The translations under genes were made by a program, and so were the position numbers. DNA of 63,400 nt, counting the filler, from Octopus bimaculoides (lineage: Eukaryota), in NCBI RefSeq assembly GCF_001194135.2. It is 5 parts of 5 records of this genome, joined end to end, with 100 filler letters (N's around TTAATTAATTAA, not from the genome) between each part and the next. Parts side by side here need not be neighbours in the genome. Positions count along the whole stretch, not along the records: positions 1 to 30,965 come from NC_069003.1; 4 more parts are not named here. One strand, written 5' to 3'. This document shows, piece after piece, positions 1-13,189 of the stretch. Position 1 is the first letter of the stretch, and each line of letters starts with the position of its first letter. The notes beneath the pieces were generated by a model. The model was not told the origin of the DNA. It ran no database searches and saw only the letters and a list, made by a program, of their open reading frames with translations.

Positions 1-35
<35 letters not shown>

Positions 36-569
36 ATGTATATGTATATAGGTGTGTGTATGCATATACATGAGCGCGCATGCACACACACGTGTACGTA
101 TGTGGTGAAGTAAGTCGTATTTGCGCATGTGTGTGCGAACATCCCTACATGTCTCTTGTATGAGTGCACGCTCACACTCATCGCCGAGCGTGAGTGCGTA
201 CTCATCTTCAATAACGAGACTCCACGTATTTGTATAGAACAACAAATATAAATTTAGATCAAACGTGTGTGGCGCTAGTTGCGTGTGTGTCTGTGCGTAT
301 TCGTGAGTGTGTATACACGCGCATGTGTGTGTGTGTGTGTGAATACGTGTATGTCTATGTATATGAGTATGTGAATTTATGTGTATGTCATGTGGGTGTG
401 CGAATGTGTGTATGTGTCTATGTATGCATGAATGTGTATGTGTGCCTGTATGTCTGTATGCATCTATGCACATATGTTAGTCTGATTGCATATACACCCG
501 TTTGTATCTCACTACGGGTGTGACTGAATAACTGTGTGTATGTCATTATTGTATGTATGTAAATAATTC

Positions 570-618
<49 letters not shown>

Positions 619-651
619 CATGTCACAAAGATACATACACACACACACATG

Positions 652-682
<31 letters not shown>

Positions 683-870
683 GCACATACGTACACAACT
701 ATATGCATGTATGTACGTGCGTATATATGTATGTGTGTATGTATATATGTGTGTATGTATGTACGTGCGTATGTATGTATGTATGTATGTATGTATGTAT
801 GTATGTATGCATGCATGCGTGTATGTGTGTACAGAGTGAGAGAAAGAGTAAGCGAATATTAATGTGAATG
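1..870. repeat. Compound (TA)n/(TG)n/(CA)n/(TATG)n microsatellite field
   Basis: Visible di- and tetranucleotide runs; explains the Y/I/V/C-rich ORFs in the track. Confidence 0.97.
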
Positions 871-923
871 ACTATCTGAGCGTGATGGTGGAATGGTATG
901 GGTCCGGGGAGGTATCTAGGTAG

Positions 924-934
924 GGAGTAGTAGC

Positions 935-977
<43 letters not shown>

Positions 978-1140
978 AAATTGTAGTAATATAGCAGTAG
1001 TAGAACGAGGAGGAGGAAGAGGAGGAGGAGGAGGAGGAGGGGTGGGGGAAGAGGAGAAATTGATGGGGAGGTGGAGGTGAGGGTAGTGGTGGCAGGTGTT
1101 CAATAGGAGGGAGGTAGTGAGGTGGGAGGGGTGGGCCATA
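924..1140 (+). repeat. (TAG)n and (GGA)n trinucleotide runs followed by a G-rich tract
   Basis: Direct reading of the sequence. Confidence 0.95.
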
Positions 1141-1218
1141 CCCGAGATAATATTTTTTTATTTTTATAAATATGAAAGTCTCATACATCAAGAAGAATCA
1201 AACTTCAATCTTTTAAAC

Positions 1219-1530
1219 GCACACACACACACACACATACACACGTATACACACATAAACACACACACACGGATATACACACACATTCATACACACAGAT
1301 ATATACACACACATACATACATAAACACAGAGACGCACACACACACACACACGGATATACACACACATACATACACACAGATATATACACACAGACAAAT
1401 CCATACACACATATGCACAAACATACAGATACATACTACACACATACACGTTAATACACACACACATATATACATATTAATACACACACACATATACATA
1501 ATACGCACACACATACATATACATACTAAT

Positions 1531-1567
<37 letters not shown>

Positions 1568-1700
1568 CATATTAATACACACACACATACGTATACATAT
1601 TAATACACGCACACACGTCTATATATACATACGCGTACACATCCACCCACCCACTTATGCATGTATGTATATCCACAGACATACACACATACATATTTAT
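1219..1700. repeat. Degenerate (CA)n/(TA)n microsatellite field
   Basis: Direct reading of the sequence. Confidence 0.95.
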
Positions 1701-1830
1701 AGAATTACACAGCGCACCTGCACCGTCATCACCCTCACTACCTTAACAGTGTAGGTGATAGTGGTGGTGGTGGCGGTGGCGATGGTGGTAGTGGTGGTGG
1801 TGGTGGTGGTGGTGGTGGTGCTGAGTGAGG

Positions 1831-1859
1831 CCTTATAAGGCGGATATACAGTGACGTCA
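1831..1859. promoter_or_regulatory. Adjacent CArG box (CCTTATAAGG, 1831-1840) and full CRE palindrome (TGACGTCA, 1852-1859)
   Basis: Exact matches to the SRF CC(A/T)6GG and CREB/ATF consensus sites, 11 bp apart, about 390 bp upstream of the ATG at 2248, in CpG-retaining DNA; function is inferred. Confidence 0.45.
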
Positions 1860-2247
1860 TAAGCACGGTAGCATGGCACACGCTTGCTCCTTCAGTGCGT
1901 TAGCGTAAAGGGGAAAACACATACGCGCACACATATACACACACAAATACATACACACACACACATACACACACAAATACATACACACAAAACACACACA
2001 GAGATTAATAGATGTGTACATATATCTATACATATACACAACTACCACCACGAGTAAATACGTATATATACACATAAATATACATATATATATACGCATT
2101 AATATATGTATATATATATTTATACAGTTAACGCCACACACATATATACACATCGATACTAACGTATTTATACATACACACACATGCACATATACATAGT
2201 CCTAAATACACACGCACACACGCACACATATAGCGCGCACTCTAAAA

Positions 2248-2350
2248 ATGGTGGAACCAGCTAAAGAAAAAGAATTCCTTCGAAAGAAATTTCGTGTGGA
2301 AGAAGTGCTGAAGAAAAAGTTTAAGATGTGCGATGGAGGTTTATTCGAAG
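2248..2350 (+). CDS. Putative first coding exon (MVEPAKEKEFLRKKFRVEEVLKKKFKMCDGGLFE + 1 nt, phase 1)
   Basis: aaaaATGg start context, a purine-rich complex-sequence island between CA repeats, open frame, and a consensus donor G|GTAAGT at 2351; no homologue recognised. Confidence 0.55.
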
Positions 2351-2541
2351 GTAAGTGTGGTGTTGACGAGTTTGTGGAGTGAGAGAGGGGCGTTGTGGTC
2401 AGGGCTTCGTCGTTGAACTACAAGACGTAAAGGGAAGGGGGGGAGCACACAACAAATATAGAGCTGTATGTGTGTGTGTATGTGTCTGTGTGTGTGTGTA
2501 TCTATTTCATGGGTGGATGTAGGGATATCATGTCTCCGTAG

Positions 2542-2583
<42 letters not shown>

Positions 2584-2593
2584 NNNNNNNNNN

Positions 2594-2632
<39 letters not shown>

Positions 2633-3113
2633 GTATTTATTATGTGTGTGTCTCTGTATATATGTATATACAGACATATATATATATATATATACTTATT
2701 TGTGTATACACATGCGTGTATATCTCTTTGTATTGTTTTTTTTTTCTTATCTTATATACATACATGACTTCAACGTACGCTTTCTCTCTCTGTCTCTCTG
2801 GGTATATATGTATGTACTGAGAATTGCAAATACAAATATATATATATATGCATACATACATACATACATGCATACATACATACACACACCCACACGCTCA
2901 CACTCACACACATATATGCAACTCTCAGTATAAAGATGTGCGTATGCGAGAATGCATATGTATATTAACGTGTGCATCTATATATGCGCGTGTATTTGTG
3001 TATGTGTGTGTATGTATGTGTTAAGCAATATACACAACTTCACGGTAATTTCAAACTGAAGAATAAATTTCGTATACATGAATCTGAAACACGTCTATCG
3101 CTAGCCGGGTATG

Positions 3114-3160
<47 letters not shown>

Positions 3161-5308
3161 NNNNNNNNNNNNNNNNNNNNNNNNNNNNNNNNNNNNNNNN
3201 NNNNNNNNNNNNNNNNNNNNNNNNNNNNNNNNNNNNNNNNNNNNNNNNNNNNNNNNNNNNNNNNNNNNNNNNNNNNNNNNNNNNNNNNNNNNNNNNNNNN
3301 NNNNNNNNNNNNNNNNNNNNNNNNNNNNNNNNNNNNNNNNNNNNNNNNNNNNNNNNNNNNNNNNNNNNNNNNNNNNNNNNNNNNNNNNNNNNNNNNNNNN
3401 NNNNNNNNNNNNNNNNNNNNNNNNNNNNNNNNNNNNNNNNNNNNNNNNNNNNNNNNNNNNNNNNNNNNNNNNNNNNNNNNNNNNNNNNNNNNNNNNNNNN
3501 NNNNNNNNNNNNNNNNNNNNNNNNNNNNNNNNNNNNNNNNNNNNNNNNNNNNNNNNNNNNNNNNNNNNNNNNNNNNNNNNNNNNNNNNNNNNNNNNNNNN
3601 NNNNNNNNNNNNNNNNNNNNNNNNNNNNNNNNNNNNNNNNNNNNNNNNNNNNNNNNNNNNNNNNNNNNNNNNNNNNNNNNNNNNNNNNNNNNNNNNNNNN
3701 NNNNNNNNNNNNNNNNNNNNNNNNNNNNNNNNNNNNNNNNNNNNNNNNNNNNNNNNNNNNNNNNNNNNNNNNNNNNNNNNNNNNNNNNNNNNNNNNNNNN
3801 NNNNNNNNNNNNNNNNNNNNNNNNNNNNNNNNNNNNNNNNNNNNNNNNNNNNNNNNNNNNNNNNNNNNNNNNNNNNNNNNNNNNNNNNNNNNNNNNNNNN
3901 NNNNNNNNNNNNNNNNNNNNNNNNNNNNNNNNNNNNNNNNNNNNNNNNNNNNNNNNNNNNNNNNNNNNNNNNNNNNNNNNNNNNNNNNNNNNNNNNNNNN
4001 NNNNNNNNNNNNNNNNNNNNNNNNNNNNNNNNNNNNNNNNNNNNNNNNNNNNNNNNNATATATATCGTTACATACATATGTACTTTCTACCTGCCTTCTT
4101 ACCTACCCACACACACGTACAAAAATCCATCCATTTTGTGCTGCGATAGCATTTCTACCCTTGGGTACCTGAAATATTTTCCACCCAACACTTCCACCCC
4201 TTTTATTCCATAAGCCTGGCATAGAAGTTGATGTTGCTTTCAGTTCCATTCAAGTGTTTCGTTGTGTTTGGTAAAAGCATTGCCGTGCTACCCTCTCCAT
4301 CTCGGGTTGCCTTTGGCGGTCAAAGAACTCACCCGACTCCACATTTAATCCTCATTTTTTAAAACACTTTAACTGGCTGGCCACACACCTTTCTCTGGAC
4401 AGTAGGGACAAGCTTAGTTACCCACCACTTGACCATGAACATCTAGTACGTAATCATGGGTTACCAGTAGCAAATGCTCATCGACCTGACTAGGCATTCA
4501 CACACACACACACACACATGCCTACCTACTTTCACCTCTACAACCTGGTATTCCTACATACCCCCTCACCTACCAATCTACCAAATCTACCCACATATCC
4601 ACCTAACTAATACCTTTCTACATATTTACTCACCTACTTACCAAATTACCTACATACCTACCTGGCTAAATGCCTGCCTATCTACCCGTTACACCCTAGG
4701 TGGTGATGTCTCCGTCTTGTTGGGTATGGACTATTGTGGGTGGCTGCGGACTATTGCGGGTGCTTGTGGACTTTTACACCACATGTTCGTGTACATTACA
4801 TATGTGTGTATGTGTGTGTACATCCGTATATGCATACGTGTGTGTATATCTCTCTCTCGCCCTCTCTGTCTGTCTGTCTCTCTCTCTCTCTATATACAGA
4901 TGTATGCATGCATGTGTGTATGTATGTATATATGTATGCATGTGTGTATGTATATATGTATGCGTCTGTATGTGTATGTGTATAATTCTAGAGCGAGAGA
5001 ACGGAGAGAGTGAATCTGTGTCAGGTATATATACCACTCTATCTACACACACACACACATAAACAGACATATAATTATAGTATATATCAGAATGTGTCAC
5101 ATTTGTGTGTGTGCGTGCGTGCGTGTGTGTTTGTGTGTGTGTGTATGTGTGTGTGTAGAAGAAGAAGAATGAATATTTTGAAATCCTTGATATTGTTTTC
5201 TCTTTTCTTTTAGAGACTGCGTACGTGTGTGTGTGTGTGTACGTGAAAAATTTTCTTACGCGTACGTGACATAGATTCCCCTTTACATACAGTGACATAT
5301 ATAGAATC

Positions 5309-5339
<31 letters not shown>

Positions 5340-5716
5340 TAATACAGTTTTTCTTTACGACTGCTACAGATCGCATAACGCTGGAGGTCAGATGCCGGTG
5401 ACCCAGTCGGAGAATGCGACCCGGTTTCAAATCGAGTTTGTTGTTTATTTACTTTCACTTCTATTTTTAATGTCATGGCGAAGTGATCCTCTATTTACCC
5501 TTAACGTCAGCTATCTATCGACGACTCCCTTACCTGCTCCCTCATCGAAGTTCAAAGGACCCTTTATTCTATTCCGTGTATCAGTGCGTGGGATTGCTTT
5601 TGTGTACCTACCTAAATATTTTATATATTTATGTGTGTGAATGAGGTGAATTTAGTATAAGTAGCCGAACGAGGACAATATTGATATGCGCTGAGTTTGA
5701 TTAAACTAACACGAGA

Positions 5717-5777
<61 letters not shown>

Positions 5778-6054
5778 TGTATGTATTTGAGTGTATGTGT
5801 GCCTGTGTTTGTTAGATTTCTCTAGTGTGTTTACATTTATGTGCTGTATTTCGTGTACCCCTTTTGCGTTGAATACATACATATATGCATAGACACATAG
5901 CTTGATAAGTGGTATTAACGAAACTCTAGGTTACTGAGTTACTTTGTAACTTCTGCCAATTGAAAATAATAATAAAATATAAATATATATATACTCATGT
6001 TTTCAGTTCTGTTTCTCCTGTTTGTATTACCAAACCTGTGCACACATATGCAAT

Positions 6055-6093
<39 letters not shown>

Positions 6094-6249
6094 GTATAAT
6101 TCATGTGCAAAACCTTGTAATGTGTGTATAAGAGCTCTTATGGTGTTATTTGCCTACTACATATCCTACAATGGGGTATAGTTCAGGGCTAAATCCACAT
6201 GCGGAACTCCTCCTTACATAAGATTAAGACAAGGATAATATGACACAAG

Positions 6250-6580
6250 TGATGGTGCATGGCTTAATGGTTTGGGTGTTCGGCTCACAAACGTAAGATC
6301 ACGAGTTCAATTCCCAGCTTCTCTTTGTGTCCTTGAGCAAGGCACTTTATTTCACACTGATCTAATTCTCTCAGCTGGCGAAAATGAGTAGTACTTGTAT
6401 TTTCAAAGGGCCAGCCTTGTCACACTCTGTGTCACGATGAATCTCTGAGAGAACTTCATTAAGGGTACATGTGTCTGTGGAGTGCTCAGCCACTTGCGTA
6501 TTAATTCCACAAGCAGGCTTGATCGGATCAACTATAACCCTCGTCGTTGTAAGTGACGGTGTGCCAGTAGTAGTAATATG
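6250..6580 (+). mobile_element. tRNA-derived SINE with GTGTCCTTGAGCAAGGCACTT core
   Basis: Box A/B-like head (TGGCTTAATGG...GAGTTCAATTCC); tail shared with the SINE at 27885. Confidence 0.85.
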
Positions 6581-6752
6581 ACACAAGCATTCGACTGTAT
6601 AATAATTATAAAGAATGTTCTTCTATAATGGTTTTTGAATATAAACCCACCAGCATAAAACTGGTGTGCAGTGCAAAAACAAATGTTGTAATCTACTATT
6701 AAAGCCTGTTAACCTCCATCCTAGTGTTATATTATCCTTGTACATCTATATA

Positions 6753-6788
<36 letters not shown>

Positions 6789-6791
<3 letters not shown>

Positions 6792-7658
6792 GGTGCAGTG
6801 ACTATATTGTCATCTAAATTATGCAAAAATGAAAATAACACTGACATCTCATCTTAACATATATTTACCAAAATTGCATAAAAATATCTTGAAATACTAA
6901 AGAATAAATATATTTTAATAAAATCGCCATTGACTTCAACCACAACTTCCAGACAACTTCAGAATCTCCTGAAACTCTTCTGGATGGTCTCCTTGTTTAA
7001 GTTGGTGAATGCTGCCATAATGCCATAATCCTTGCCTTCAGTTCATCTTTTGGTGTTATAAGGGGTTTTGTTGGTCTCTCACTCAACTGCACCCCACACA
7101 TAGTAATCAAGGGGGTTGCAGTCTTGGGGGTTAGGTGGCCAGTTGTTAGGGGTGATATGGTCACAGAAATTCTCTGACGGTCATGATGGGGTTCTCCTGC
7201 TTGTGTGGCATGATGCAGTCCTGTTGACCCCCATGCACTCCTCTTGACCCCGGGCAGCACTACCTCCTCCAGGCACTTGATGTAGGCCTCTGTGTTGAGT
7301 CTGAGGCTGTGTGGGAAGATGAATGGAGGCATAACGTTACCGTCACTAGTGATCACTCCAAACACTATGATGTTGACTGAATGTCTGATTTTTATCACTC
7401 TCGGTACATGTTTTGGAGACATGACAAGCCAATGTTAGTTCTGTGTGTTCACCATCTGTTTGTATTAGAGCTTCCTGTGCAAATGCCAAGCAGTACATTT
7501 CAAAATTTCTGGCAGAGTGAATTACGTTGTGGTGCTGTTTTTCTCACAGATGGTGCCCAACTGACCCTACCGTACTGCATAGTTGACAAAATCAAAAACA
7601 ATGTGCCTGCGCTAAAAGTAAAAATATAAAATGGTGACACTTTATCCATTGCACCCTG
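6789..7658 (-). mobile_element. Internally deleted Tc1/mariner (DD37D/maT-type) element
   Basis: Imperfect ~26-bp TIRs (CAGGGTGCAGTGACTATATTGTCATC / GGTGACACTTTATCCATTGCACCCTG); minus-strand transposase remnant (VFGVITSDGNVMPPFIFPHSLRLNTEAYIKCLEEVVLP) of the same family as 60380-60993. Confidence 0.9.
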
Positions 7659-7670
7659 CATATTTACATA

Positions 7671-7848
7671 TGAAGGGGTGCTGAAAAGTTCCTGGCTTTA
7701 AGGGTTTAGTGAGGGGCCTTTTTGGAAGCCCAACCTTTCAAGTTCTTTTACAGGGATAAGAAAAAAAGTGTGTAAATCTGGGAGGGGAATAAGATCCTTC
7801 TGTATTTTCTTTTACCTAAAGCCAGGAACTTTTCAGCACACCCTTGTG
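7671..7848. mobile_element. Mariner-type MITE
   Basis: TIRs GGTGCTGAAAAGTTCCTGGCTTTA / TAAAGCCAGGAACTTTTCAGCAC, flanked by TA on both sides. Confidence 0.85.
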
Positions 7849-7949
7849 TATGTGTATGTGTATATATANNNNNNNNNNNNNNNNNNNNNNNNNNNNNNNN
7901 NNNNNNNNNNNNNNNNNNNNNNNNNNNNNTATATATATATATATATATA

Positions 7950-8545
7950 TTTATCCAAAAGTAACTGAAAGTGCTCTCTGTGGGACAAACTTATTGTAGT
8001 TCAGGCTTCCACTGCTAGAAGCCACTTGATGCAACCCTCAGGCATCAATCTGCTGACCGGCATCACTGAGTGCAGTCTTACTGCCATGTGGTGCATCTTT
8101 GTTTTGCAGTGCTTTTCATCTGTTCATTAATTTTTACAATGGATGAAATGAAAGAACAGCATGCTTCTGTGAAATTCTGTTTTCTGCTGGGGAAAACAGC
8201 AGCTGAAACAGTTGTCATGACTCAAATAGCTTACATGGATGCTACCATGAGCAAAACACAAGTTTATGAGTGATTTTCATGCTTTAGGAATGGTCACTTG
8301 TTGCTTGAAGACCAATCTCATTCAGGGTGACCGTTGATCTCTCAAATGAATGAAAACATCACAGAAATTTATGTACTGATCGTGGAGGACTGTCACTGAA
8401 CAATTGATGAACTTGTTGATATGACTGGTGTGTCCTGGAGTTTCTGCCAACAAATTTTGAGTGAGGGATTGTGAATGAAAAGAGTTGCAGTAAAATTTGT
8501 GCTTTGTGTGCTTATGAAAGATGAAAAGCAGTCACAACTAAATGC
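7950..8545 (+). mobile_element. Decayed mariner, 5' end and N-terminal HTH region of the transposase
   Basis: MDEMKEQHASVKFCFLLGKTAAETVVM...TIDELVDMTGVSWSFCQQIL with stops; a matching terminal fragment lies at ~58345-58425 (-). Confidence 0.85.
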
Positions 8546-8589
8546 ATGGCACTTGTGCCCAGCATCGCCTTCCTGGCACTTGTGCCAGG

Positions 8590-8908
8590 AAGTGTAAAGA
8601 CATTCGAGCGAGATCATGCCAGTGCCGCCGAACTGGCTCCTGTGCAGGTGGCATGTAAAATACACCATTTTGAGCGTGGCTGTTGCCAGTACCGCCTGAC
8701 TGGCCGTCGTGCAGGTGGCATGTGAAAGCACCTACTACACTCTCGGAGTGGTTGGCGTTAGGAAGGGCATCCAGCTGTAGAAACTCTGCCAGATCAGATT
8801 GGAGACTGGTGTAGCCATCTGGTTCACCAGTCCTCAGTCAAATCGTCCAACCCATGCTAGCATGGAAAGCAGATGTTAAACGATGACGACGATGATGATG
8901 ATGATGAT
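8590..8908 (+). mobile_element. RTE-type 3' UTR/tail element
   Basis: GGTTGGCGTTAGGAAGGGCATCCAGCTGTAG...CAACCCATGCTAGCATGG motif ending in (GAT)n; repeated many times in the window. Confidence 0.85.
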
Positions 8909-8911
8909 ATG

Positions 8912-9180
8912 AAGGATAAAGACCCACAAGTCTGGGCAAGGTTGTTTATGGAAGACCAGCAGTTACCCATGCATACCAGCCTCCTCTCTCTCCATGCCAT
9001 CGATGTTATCCGAGGGAAAGGTAAACACCAATACAGCTTGGCACCTGTGACGTTGCAACTCATTTCTACAGCTGAGGGAACCGGAGCAACATGAAATAAA
9101 GTGTCTTGCTGAGTCCAGGAATTGAACTCACTACCTCATGACTGTGAACCTGATGTTCTAACCACTGAGCCATGTGCCTT
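8912..9180 (-). mobile_element. tRNA-derived SINE, same family as 18030-18350
   Basis: Colinear similarity to 18030-18350 including the head. Confidence 0.8.
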
Positions 9181-9445
9181 CACTGTCAAAAGTAATACTT
9201 ATTCAATCATATTGTTTTGAATTAATTATGCATTATCTTGTCTTGTAGCTTTGGGATTTTGCTGAAGTAACAATTAATTTTTAGAACGACATTGTAGGGT
9301 TGGTGTGAGAGGCTAAATTTTGGCAGTGTGAACATAAAATAGGTAGAATATTTTGGCCGGATATGGTCAGTTTAAATTGTCATGTGAAATTAATAGTCTT
9401 TGTATATTTCTAACTGGTTAACTTGTGTCTTCTGCACTGCAGTGG

Positions 9446-9481
<36 letters not shown>

Positions 9482-9619
9482 CCTTGTCTTGACATCTGCT
9501 AATGGCTGTAAACAAATATCGCCATCATACAACCTGTTTGGCATAGGAAAATATTGTCGTGTATGGAAACAGGTGAGAGTTGGTGACAGGAAGTGCATCC
9601 ATCGGTTGAAAATCTGCTG

Positions 9620-10100
9620 CTTGCGTATGAATGAGTTGAGCTGCATCAAGAGGTGCCAGTCTCTAATTGTGGAGGGGACATGTGAAAGGTTTAGACCCAG
9701 AAGGACATGGGACAAAGTGGTGAGAAAAAGATCTACTGATGATGGGACTCACAGAGGGGAAGACAGGATCGAGACTGCTTGAAAAGACACATCAAGCTAA
9801 GTAAAACCCTTGTTGCTCTTGCAAACTGGCTCATATCCTGCAATCCTCTCCAGCTGAGCATCCCTAACCTTGTGGGCTCATTAGTGCTGGTGTCACATAG
9901 AAAAACACATATGCTGGTACTGCATAAAAAGCACCCAGTACACTCTGTAAAGTGGTTGGCGTTAGAAAGAGCATTCAACTGTAAAAACCATACCAAAACA
10001 TACATGGAGCCTGAACAGCCCTTTAGCTGGTTAGCTCCTATCAAAATGTCTAACCCATGCCAGGATGGAAAATGGACGTTAAATGCTGATGATGCTGATG
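9620..10100 (+). mobile_element. RTE LINE 3' end
   Basis: CIKRCQSLIVEGTCERFRPRRTWDKVV (RTE ORF C-terminus) followed by the tail. Confidence 0.8.
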
Positions 10101-10114
10101 ATAGCTATTATTAT

Positions 10115-10725
10115 TTTTTACTTGTTTCAGTTGTTAGACTGCAGCCATGCTGGAGCACCACCTTGAAGAATTTTAAGTTGAATTTATCGACTATAGTACT
10201 TATTTTTTTTAAAGCCTGATACTTATTCTATCTGTCCCAGTTGTTGAACCACTAAGTTACAGGGTGTAAATACACCAACACCAGATGTGAAGGGGTGCTG
10301 GAGGGGACAAACACAGACACACAGACACATACACACACACATAATACACACGCACACATATGACGAGCTTCTTTCAGTTTCTTATTTCTTTACTGCCCAC
10401 AAGGGGCCAAACATAGAGGGGACAAACAAGGACAGACAAAGGGATTAAGTCGATTACATCGACCCCAGTGCGTAACTGGTACTTAATTTATTGACCCTGA
10501 AAGGATGAAAGGCAAAGTCGACCTCGGTGGAAATTGAACTCAGAACGTAAAGACAGACAAAATACTGCTAAGCATTTCATCTGGCGTGCTAACATTTCTG
10601 CCAGCTCGTCACCTTAGGCTTCTTTCAGTTTCCGTCTACCAAATCCACTCACAAGGCTTTGACTAGCCCAAGGCTATAGTGGAAGACACTTGCTTAAAGT
10701 GCCACACAGTGGGACTGCATCCCAA
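10115..10725 (-). mobile_element. Family-A SINE with a family-B SINE (10380-10615, -) nested inside
   Basis: Family-A body is interrupted at CTTTCAGTTTC by a complete family-B copy and then resumes. Confidence 0.85.
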
Positions 10726-11134
10726 ACTGTGTATTTGGGAGGCAGGCTTCTTACTACAAAGTCATATATATATATACATATATATAACAAGAATAGGGAT
10801 TCAAGGAATCAAACAGATCTCACATAAGCAGAGTTGATGTTTTAATCTGCCATGAAGTGTTTCAAAGAGTAAGATATATTGGTTGAGACTCAGATAAAAA
10901 CATGCTAGTTATGTCCCTTTATGACATGAGTTCAAGATCTGTCAGAGTTGACTTTACCTCTCATTCTTCCAAGGTCACTAACATGAAATACTTGAGGTTT
11001 AAATAATCAATTCTACCCACTCCCCAAATCTATAATCTTCTGTCTATGATCTGTAAATCAATAGCATCACCATAACGATAAATTTAAATATCATCAGTTT
11101 CATTCAGTATTACAAGTGGTTCTCAGAGACCAGC

Positions 11135-11322
<188 letters not shown>

Positions 11323-11592
11323 GTTTGTGTGCGTGTGTATCTATGTGTGTGTGCTTGTGTCTGTGTTTGTTCCCCACCACCACTTGACAATCAGTGTTGA
11401 TGTGTTTACGTCCCTGTAACTTAGTGGTTCAGCAAAAGAGGCTGACTGAATAAGTACTAGGCTTAAAAAAAAAAGTCCTGGGGTCAATTTGTTCACCTAA
11501 AACCCTTCAAGGCAGTGCCCCAGCATGGCCGCAGTCTAATAACTGAAACAAAAAATAAAAGATATATAAATATATAGTTGCTTGTAATATAT

Positions 11593-11983
11593 AGGCGCAG
11601 GAGTGGCTGTGTGGTAAGTAGCTTGCTTACCAACCACATGGTTCCGGGTTCAATCCCACTGCGTGGCATCCTGGGCAAGTGTCTTCTACTATAGCCTCAG
11701 GCCGACCAAAGCTTTGTGAGTGGATTTGGTAGATGGAAACTGAAAGAAGCCCGTTGTATATGTGTATATATATATATGTTTGTGTGTCTGTATTTGTCCC
11801 CCCAACATCGCTTGACAACCAATGCTGGTGTGTTTACGTCCCTGTAACTTAGTGGTTCGGCAAAAGAGACACCGATAGAATAAGTACTAGGCTTACAAAG
11901 AATAAGTCCTGGGGTCAATTTGCTCGACTAAAGGCGGTTCTCCAGCATGGCCACAGTCAAATGACTGAAACAAGTAAAAGAGT
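11593..11983 (+). mobile_element. Full-length family-A tRNA-derived SINE
   Basis: Head GGCGCAGGAGTGGCTGTGTGG (box A) ... GGTTCAATCCC (box B), internal (TA)n, tail ...GACTGAAACAAGTAAAAGAG. Confidence 0.93.
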
Positions 11984-12289
11984 ATATACACGCTGTGAGA
12001 GATTGAGAGATAACACACACACACACACACACACACACATATGTACTGTAGTGACATGTGTGTGTGTGTGTGTGTGTATTATATATATATATTTAGAGAG
12101 AGAGAGGGAGAGAGAGAAAGACAGAGATCCACACATACTTACACCGTCACACAAAATGAAGAATGTGACTCATTAAATAATTTTCATTAAACTGAACCAC
12201 AAGAACATAAAATGAAGTAATTCTAGAATAATTTCTAATCAAGATGTCCATGTAGTGCATGTGTTTGACTGTCTTGGATGTATCATTAC

Positions 12290-12595
12290 TAATTAACGAC
12301 AGCCCAGAGATGAAAAGAGGAGTGGCAAATGACATTTGGAGAAATCAATCAATATGTAAGAAAATTGCTAGATACTTTGATCTGTGGAATAACAGGGTAT
12401 GAATCTGCATGGTGGACTCTTAAAAAGCTGATCGAAATAGAGTTTTTCCAAGTTTGATACGAGAAAAGAATGCTAAAAGTTTTCTGGATTAAAACAAAAA
12501 ACAAAACAAAATATTGGTCATATCAATATGTATTGGATTAAATTAGAAATTAAATGATTGTGATAAGAGCAGATGATCTATGGATATTATGGGTC
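12290..12595 (+). mobile_element. Decayed RTE-like LINE fragment, post-RT region
   Basis: Frameshifted match to the YGxESWTLKKADRxR motif (GGACTCTTAAAAAGCTGATCGAAATAG). Confidence 0.6.
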
Positions 12596-12600
12596 TTCTT

Positions 12601-12806
12601 ACTCTCTCTTTACTTGTTCCTTGTAAGAATAAGTACTAGTACTTATTCTATCGGTATCTTTTGCTGAACTGCTAAGTTACGGGGACGTAAACACACCAGC
12701 ATCGATTGTCAAGCGATGTTGGGGGGACAAACACAGACACACAAACACACACACACATATATGTATACCTTCTATGTTGGCCCCTTGTGAGCAATAAAAA
12801 AAAAAT

Positions 12807-12842
<36 letters not shown>

Positions 12843-13001
12843 CGATGGGCTTCTTTCAGTTTCCGTCTACCAAATCCACTCAAAAGGCTTTGGTCGGCCC
12901 AAGGCTATAGTAGAAGACACTTGCCCAAAGTGCCACATAGTGGGACTGAATGCGGAACCATGTGGTTGGTAAGCAAGCTACTTACCACACAGCCACTCCT
13001 G
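12601..13001 (-). mobile_element. Family-A SINE
   Basis: Reverse complement of the 11593-11983 family. Confidence 0.93.
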
Positions 13002-13189
13002 TTGATCATCATATTCTCACCTTTATCCTGTCTTTTGTATTGGTGTCACAATAAAATGCACCCATTGCACTCTTAACTGTGAGGGACCAATGGGGGCCCT
13101 GTAATCTTGTCAATTTCCCTAGTGTCTGTCCCATGAAAAGAATGCACCTAGTTCACCCTGTAAAGTGACTGGTGTTAGCCAGGACATCA

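Noticed and set aside
1039-1136. G-quadruplex-forming tract upstream of the putative gene
   Set aside because: It needs a 12-nt or longer loop and sits in a GGA/GGT low-complexity field, so there is no specific evidence of function
230-5062. Long ORFs rich in Y/I/V/C/H/T, and all ORFs containing X runs throughout the window
   Set aside because: They are translations of dinucleotide microsatellites or N gaps, which lack stop codons
5533-5612. Minus-strand exon candidate with donor CAG|GTAAGG, and the overlapping plus-strand ORF 5311-5640
   Set aside because: The acceptor is poor in pyrimidines, there is no partner exon or homology, and both strands look equally plausible
11593-11665. SINE heads as tRNA genes (also 6250, 18290, 27885, 48450, 59779)
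   Set aside because: Box A/B are present but there is no full cloverleaf, and each continues into a repeat body
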